Below are positions 27,419-32,000 of a DNA stretch of 32,000 nt, one piece after another; position 1 is the stretch's first letter, and each line of letters starts with the position of its first letter. A model generated the notes under the pieces. The model saw nothing but the letters and a program-made list of their open reading frames with translations. It was not told the origin of the DNA and did no database searches. A program made the position numbers and the translations under genes. The DNA is from Pirellula staleyi DSM 6068 (GTDB lineage: Bacteria; Planctomycetota; Planctomycetia; Pirellulales; Pirellulaceae), in assembly GCA_000025185.1 (NCBI GenBank), contig CP001848.1:3960001-3992000 (forward strand), written 5' to 3'.

Positions 27419-27829
27419 CTAGGGAATCAAGAGGGCAAGGGATGTTTGCTCTGCGGTCCAGGTGAACTGCAGAGGCGTAGCTTGGGGACTAGTCATCGCT
27501 ACCGGAACCATCACTCCCTCGGGACTCAGCGACTCAATCGTGTAACGATAAGTCCCCGGTTCGAGAAGCAGCGGCCCCTTTGCCAGAGGTTGATAGAGTG
27601 CAAAAGCACCATCTTCGCCCGTGATCGCAAAGCCAATCGGCTCGTGCGAATCGACGCGAAAGAGGGTGATCTGCAGATTGCTCGGCGTCAGCGAACCACA
27701 GGTCAATCGACCAGGAGTTCCGCCCTCGACAGAGCGAGGGCCAGAACAGCTAAGCAAGAGACTTAGTATGACAACTGCAAGCCAACCTTGCCACATCCAG
27801 GCAAGGTGGCGGCGATTGTGACGTTTCAT
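27419..27829 (-). CDS. Small lipoprotein, beta-sandwich (carboxypeptidase-regulatory-like) type
   Basis: An internal ATG at 27829 gives 136 aa: MKRHNRRHLAWMWQGWLAVVILSLLLSC with a lipobox-like LLSC. It has an ITGEDGAFAL motif typical of small CarboxypepD_reg-like domains. The longer ORF (to 28108) would overlap the upstream gene by 180 nt. Confidence 0.65.
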   Translation of the reverse strand: MKRHNRRHLAWMWQGWLAVVILSLLLSCSGPRSVEGGTPGRLTCGSLTPSNLQITLFRVDSHEPIGFAITGEDGAFALYQPLAKGPLLLEPGTYRYTIESLSPEGVMVPVAMTSPQATPLQFTWTAEQTSLALLIP

Positions 27830-27926
27830 GGGGATGCGATCGACTATCACTGGGTGGCGGCAATGTTGTCGTATTTCGCTAGGAATACGAACATTTTGCT
27901 GAAGCTCAGGGAGTTGGTTACTTGCT

Positions 27927-29318
27927 CTAGTGGCCGGAAGGACCGCCGATGGTTTCGACCTTTGATGGCGCGCCTCCCACCTGGAAGGTTGCGACCTCTT
28001 CGGCACGACGAGGACGAACGAGCACCAGCGTTCCATCGCCAGGATTCGAAAGCAGGGCATGCTTTTGGTCGGCAAGGATCGAAGCATCGTGATGACCGGC
28101 ATGGCCACTCACGCGGCTGCGACCGACTTCCATCCGATGCAGAATCGCAGCATCGGCAAACAGCCCGTCTCGATTGGGGTCGAGTTCGACAACCGACAGA
28201 TAATGCTTGGCTTCGCTCGTGGAAGGATGGTCGTGAAACAGTAGCGCGATCGGCGTTTCGCCGAGGAAATAGCCCACCATCGGTCCCACCGGACTAGCTC
28301 CTTCTTCAAGACCCAGAGGGATCATCGTCGGCTGTGGATCGGTCGCTTGGGCATCGAGAGTGCACAGCGTCGCCTGGGCTCCTTTGCCGGTGACAAACAA
28401 GACGTGATGCCCCAGATTTGTGAACGCGCCGGTGCGTAGTGGTTTGTCGGAAGAGGCCTCTTTGCCGAGCGAGAGGTGGTGCGTCTTGACTTGCGTAGCT
28501 CCGAGGGAAGCGTCGAGATCAGCTTCGACCCAGCAAATCCCATCGCTCGGAGCAAAGAAGACCTTGCCACTGTTCGACGTGGCTCCATGAATGCCGCCGC
28601 TCGGGAGTTTTAGGGAGTATGCCACTTTGCCATCGCTGAATCGACTGACGTCGACCTGTCCCTGACGTTCACCCGACCGGTCGATCCAGCTGCTATAGCC
28701 GACCTTCTTATCCACGGCAGCCAGGGTGATGTGACCACCTCCGCCCGATACAAACTGCGCCTGCTTCACGATCTCACTGACGCCCGACTTCAGATCGAGC
28801 GTCTTAGGATCGATGCGGGTGTAGCCGTTGAGCTTGTCGTTGGCGAGGTAGAAGACGTTGTCGTACACATACAAATGAGCCGGGTTGCCTTGCGCGTTGT
28901 CGAGCTGCGTCGCCACAATTTTTGGAGCCGACTCATAAGTGGAGTGCGAATGATCCCCATGATCTTCGCTCCGAACACCTGAATCGATCAGCACCCAGCC
29001 ACTTTGCAGCTTGCCATCCTCTTCGTCGCGCACGCCGACGAGAATCATCCCTTCAGCCACTCCCATCTGCACGAGCGATTGCTTTTCAGCATCGAGCTTG
29101 GGAAATCCGGCAATCGTTTGCACTGGACCGAGTTTCGGTGGAGAACCGGCGAGCAGATCGGCCCAGCGAACGGTTTTGGCATCGTCGTCTTGAAAGACCA
29201 CACGGGTCAGGATGTTGGGTTCATCTCCACGCAGATCGCTGCTGAATGGTGCGGAGATAAGCAGCAGCAAGAGTGCGAGGATTAGTTTCTCGGCTCGAAA
29301 AAATCGATGGTAAAGCAT
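27927..29318 (-). CDS. Exported His-rich 463-aa protein, possibly a beta-propeller metal-binding / metallochaperone-like (AztD-like?) protein
   Basis: Signal peptide MLYHRFFRAEKLILALLLLLISAPFSS. His clusters EDHGDHSHS (28941-28967), LGHHV, FHDHPSTSEAKHY, SGHAGHHD (28086-28106), and a C-terminal PSGH. Repeated strand-like segments. The family assignment rests on my recollection of HGDHxH motifs and is not verified. Confidence 0.7.
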   Translation of the reverse strand: MLYHRFFRAEKLILALLLLLISAPFSSDLRGDEPNILTRVVFQDDDAKTVRWADLLAGSPPKLGPVQTIAGFPKLDAEKQSLVQMGVAEGMILVGVRDEEDGKLQSGWVLIDSGVRSEDHGDHSHSTYESAPKIVATQLDNAQGNPAHLYVYDNVFYLANDKLNGYTRIDPKTLDLKSGVSEIVKQAQFVSGGGGHITLAAVDKKVGYSSWIDRSGERQGQVDVSRFSDGKVAYSLKLPSGGIHGATSNSGKVFFAPSDGICWVEADLDASLGATQVKTHHLSLGKEASSDKPLRTGAFTNLGHHVLFVTGKGAQATLCTLDAQATDPQPTMIPLGLEEGASPVGPMVGYFLGETPIALLFHDHPSTSEAKHYLSVVELDPNRDGLFADAAILHRMEVGRSRVSGHAGHHDASILADQKHALLSNPGDGTLVLVRPRRAEEVATFQVGGAPSKVETIGGPSGH

Positions 29319-29373
29319 CAGAAAACGCTCGCTGGAAAAATGGAATCAGGGGAGTAATGGGTGCGGCAATCGA

Positions 29374-30426
29374 CTATGGAAGTGCGGCGGTTTCACCACC
29401 ATTGATGGAGAAAATCGAGTGCTGGATGTCGGCTGAAATGGTGGAGGAGAGGAATCGGACGCTTCCATCGCCGAGAGCAACGTTGGCTCCCCCTGGATGA
29501 AAGCTGCGCGGACCAAAGAGGCCGGTGCCATGGATGGTGATGTCAGGAACGCGGCTGTTGGGGGTGGTGTAGCCGTTGGTGAGGACATTCGACGCGAGAC
29601 CTCGCAGCCACGAGATGCCGCGTCCTGTCCCCGCTTGTCCACCGCGCCACGAAGTGCCACTTGCGGCAACAGCGGCGAGGTCGGGATCGATGATCGTTCC
29701 ACTGGGCCAAGCTCCGCCGGTGCTGGTGTAGCCTGGTCCTATTCCTGGCGAGGTACCACTGACACCGAGTGTTTTGCGATAAGGGAAGGTTGGGGTTTGG
29801 CCGGCGCTCAGCACCACATCGATTCCATCGCCACGAATCGATTCCGCTGCGAAGACACTGTTGGAGGTTCCGTCGGTGACGTTGGCAAAGCGAATGTTCG
29901 AGTTGGTGTAAATCATCCCATCGGTGGGATGGCGATCGTCGTAGTTCGTACCCGTTCCACTTCCGGTGCTAAACATGTAATTGTTTCCCGCGAAGTTGTA
30001 CTGCGTGCCGCTGAGCGTGATTTGGTAGACGCGTGGCGCTGGATCGCTGGGACAGAGGAAGGTGGGAACGACCTTTTCAAACACGCTGATATAGGCGGGG
30101 TTCGGAACCTGACTTCCCCCTGCGCCGGTGTAGGTGGGGAGCGCGAAATTGATGAGGTCGAACAGGTTGCTTTGCTCGATGTAAGGGAGCAAACGAGCGT
30201 GGGGGGAATAGCCGGTCGAGCCGGTGTTCATCGGGAAGGCGCCGTAGCTGCTTTCGTAGTTGTGCAGCGCGAGGACCATTTGCTTCATCTGATTCTGGCA
30301 CTGCATCCGCCGCGCTGCTTCGCGAGCCGATTGGACGGCTGGCAACAGCAGCGCTACCAGAACGCCGATGATCGCAATCACCACGAGGAGCTCAACCAAG
30401 GTAAATCCGGAACGTTTTGTGGACAT
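29374..30426 (-). CDS. DUF1559 protein with prepilin-type N-terminal cleavage/methylation domain (H-X9-DG family)
   Basis: N-terminus [60 protein letters not shown]-terminal [19 protein letters not shown] (H-X9-DG). This is the canonical planctomycete DUF1559 layout. Confidence 0.9.
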   Translation of the reverse strand: MSTKRSGFTLVELLVVIAIIGVLVALLLPAVQSAREAARRMQCQNQMKQMVLALHNYESSYGAFPMNTGSTGYSPHARLLPYIEQSNLFDLINFALPTYTGAGGSQVPNPAYISVFEKVVPTFLCPSDPAPRVYQITLSGTQYNFAGNNYMFSTGSGTGTNYDDRHPTDGMIYTNSNIRFANVTDGTSNSVFAAESIRGDGIDVVLSAGQTPTFPYRKTLGVSGTSPGIGPGYTSTGGAWPSGTIIDPDLAAVAASGTSWRGGQAGTGRGISWLRGLASNVLTNGYTTPNSRVPDITIHGTGLFGPRSFHPGGANVALGDGSVRFLSSTISADIQHSIFSINGGETAALP

Positions 30427-30730
30427 AGCGCAGCTCGCTCAAGAGAAGGTCGCACAGACAGGTTGTTACGTGCGAAGTATATCTAAATGCAATTGATATG
30501 CAATAGAGCTGCAGCGAGATTTGCGAAACACCATTTCGCTGGTTCAGGCGTTCGGGCTGATGGAACGCCAGGGTTGAAGAGAAATCCGCTGTTTTTTGAG
30601 AGTTGTTCAGCAGTTTGCTAGCGCGATGGTGGACCGATCGAGTGGACGACGCAAGCCAGAAACCTAGCCGGCATGGCAAAGACTATTGCATATGCACTGG
30701 TAGTGCGAATGCTTTCAGAGTGCAGATGAG

Positions 30731-31396
30731 ATGGTTGCAGCGCAGGTGATGGGTCAGGCCAATATTCGCCAGAACTTGGCGAACTTACGAAAAGGAAGTG
30801 GCTCTTACATTTGGTGTCGCAGTGCTACATTTCCGCACGCTGCAATCCAAGCTTTTTTGCAAGGAGTGATGGAGTTTTGGCAAACCTTGCTCCACACCAC
30901 TCAATTCGACTACCAAAATGCCACACCGCTATTTATAAGTAGATTACTCGTCTCCCTCTCCCGAGGTGTGCTGCAGAAAGGTTGGAAGGAAAACTACATG
31001 GCTTTTGAGCGGTTGTGGGACCAATTGAACAATCATGTCCTCGAAGAGATTGCTCAAAATTGGGTACTCGAACTGCGAAAGGACCTGCCAGAGGATGATC
31101 GAGAGTACGCATCGCGCGTGAAGGTTGTCATGTTCACTGCCACGCAGATTCAGCTGTGGCAATTTCTGATGACCGCGATCGAATTCGCTCACAGCGAGCA
31201 CGAACTTGCCGAAATCGCCGCTGGTCCCTTGGCCTACTTCCTCCGAAAGTTTGGCGAAGAGTTTTCGCTTCCGCTCGAGACCCAAGCCCAGAGCAATTCC
31301 AAGTTGGTGCAAGCCCTGGGAATGATTGAGGCGACGATGGTCCCCGAGTCGGTTTGGCAGCAGATCCTGACGATTCGAGAAGAGTCAGCATCGTAG
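30731..31396 (+). CDS. Hypothetical protein; the true start may be ATG 30998, giving 132 aa
   Basis: 221-aa ORF. The internal ATG at 30998 has GGAAGGA 7 nt upstream and yields MAFERLWDQL...AEIAAGPLAYFLRKFGEEF...VWQQILTIRE. This resembles small helical immunity-type proteins with an AGPLE/xxL motif; that is a recollection only. GC looks lower than in the flanks by eye. Confidence 0.5.
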   Translation: MVAAQVMGQANIRQNLANLRKGSGSYIWCRSATFPHAAIQAFLQGVMEFWQTLLHTTQFDYQNATPLFISRLLVSLSRGVLQKGWKENYMAFERLWDQLNNHVLEEIAQNWVLELRKDLPEDDREYASRVKVVMFTATQIQLWQFLMTAIEFAHSEHELAEIAAGPLAYFLRKFGEEFSLPLETQAQSNSKLVQALGMIEATMVPESVWQQILTIREESAS

Positions 31397-31431
31397 CTTC
31401 GTGGGTCCAAACCTAGTGGGGAGAGTCGAGT

Positions 31432-31797
31432 ATGAGTACAACCATGGTCGTGGCCATGCAGTTGCTTGCGCAGTCGTATCGTTTTCGAAGTGCACGCGGG
31501 GTGGGAGCGATCATCGAGCGACCTTATTTGCTCGTGGTCCTGGCTTGCTCGTCTCTCATTTTCTTTCCCGACTACGTCCTCAACTACCTCAGCGAGTCGT
31601 TCGACTGGGAGCTAAGTTGGTGGCACCTGGGAATCTCCGTCGCCGCAGGTCTGCTGCTGATGGTGATTGGTCTGGCCGCGTTTGCACTCGCTGGCTTTGC
31701 CGTCGAGCCCGGCTTTTGCGTGATCCTGCTGGGGATCATTGGCGTGATCAGGGTAGTGCGCTCGATCTTTAACGCCATGCTGGGTGGTGAAGAGTAG
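31432..31797 (+). CDS. Small integral membrane protein (about 3 TM), hypothetical
   Basis: 121 aa. ATG preceded by GGGGAGAG 6 nt upstream. Hydrophobic segments LLVVLACSSLIFF, LGISVAAGLLLMVIGLAAFALAGFAV and GFCVILLGIIGVIRVV. Confidence 0.55.
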   Translation: MSTTMVVAMQLLAQSYRFRSARGVGAIIERPYLLVVLACSSLIFFPDYVLNYLSESFDWELSWWHLGISVAAGLLLMVIGLAAFALAGFAVEPGFCVILLGIIGVIRVVRSIFNAMLGGEE

Positions 31798-31881
31798 GGC
31801 GTTTATTCGCGTATTTCCCGTGAAATACGAAAGAAATGCGCATCACAGCGACCGCACTAAAGAGCGGCGCGTATCAGTTCT

Positions 31882-32000
31882 TTACGCGACGATCCCTTTC
31901 ACCACGTTGCCATGGACGTCGGTCAATCGATACTGACGTCCCTGATAGCGGAACGTCAGCTTCGTGTGATCGATACCGCAGAGGTGCAAGATGGTTGCTT
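31882..32000 (-). CDS. DUF1501 (sulfatase-like) protein, C-terminal 39 codons only; gene continues right of the window
   Basis: Not in the ORF track because there is no start in the window. The reverse-complement translation ends ..[38 protein letters not shown], the characteristic DUF1501 C-terminus. Stop TAA at 31882-31884. Confidence 0.7.
   Translation of the reverse strand, partial: ATILHLCGIDHTKLTFRYQGRQYRLTDVHGNVVKGIVA

Noticed and set aside
27870-27889. Two similar small hairpins: CGTATT-N8-AATACG (27870-27889) and CGTATTTC-N4-GAAATACG (31810-31829). Both are intergenic.
   Set aside because: Only the short stem sequence is shared and the flanks differ. By rough estimate the chance expectation is not negligible. 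I treated them as ordinary intergenic hairpins rather than a repeat family. A genome-wide search could revive this.
27830-28108. N-terminal 93-codon extension of the small lipoprotein ORF, the form listed in the ORF track.
   Set aside because: It would overlap the upstream His-rich gene by 180 nt, and its translation is Arg/Pro/Ser-rich junk. The internal ATG at 27829 gives a proper basic n-region, hydrophobic core and lipobox.
31401-31772. 123-aa ORF overlapping the small membrane-protein ORF in another frame.
   Set aside because: Its translation is Arg-rich with no hydrophobic pattern and no SD. The 31432 frame has an SD-like sequence and coherent TM segments.
1-32000. Looked for CRISPR arrays, rRNA or tRNA genes, IS elements, integrases, phage genes, toxin-antitoxin pairs and known defence-system signatures.
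   Set aside because: No spaced direct-repeat arrays, no transposase, integrase or recombinase motifs, and no nuclease, ATPase or helicase defence-type ORFs were recognised. All large ORFs are accounted for by the annotated genes.

Overview
GC-rich 32-kb chromosomal window. It looks like Planctomycetota (Pirellulales-like): it has a DUF1559 prepilin-like gene, a DUF1501 C-terminus, a PQQ-like beta-propeller and a giant Cys-free LamG/RTX surface protein.

Contents from left to right:
1. The 3' 5.6 kb of a giant secreted protein with LamG, autotransporter-associated repeats and RTX repeats (+ strand). Its frame is open to the window edge.
2. A seven-gene minus-strand chemosensory operon, cheA-cheW-mcp-cheY-cheB-cheR-cheX (5853-13462). 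The mcp has two PAS domains and no TM segment.
3. A divergent cytoplasmic multi-PAS histidine kinase plus a FixJ/NarL-type response regulator (13885-16799, +).
4. A minus-strand three-gene DAB-like module (16825-22894): DabA/DUF2309 (1038 aa), a NuoL-like subunit, and a second, degenerate NuoM/N-like antiporter subunit.
5. metE behind a cobalamin riboswitch (23374-25942, -).
6. A four-gene operon of exclusively exported proteins (25979-30426, -): DUF1559 pseudopilin-like, a His-rich 463-aa protein, a small lipoprotein and a PQQ-like propeller.
7. Two small ORFs that look lower in GC (+) and the 3' end of a DUF1501 gene (-).

No rRNA, tRNA, CRISPR array, transposase or integrase was recognised.

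The best candidates for undescribed biology are the three-subunit DAB-like module with altered channel residues and the DUF1559-linked His-rich exported operon.

All homology statements come from motif recognition by eye. No searches, folds or statistics were run.
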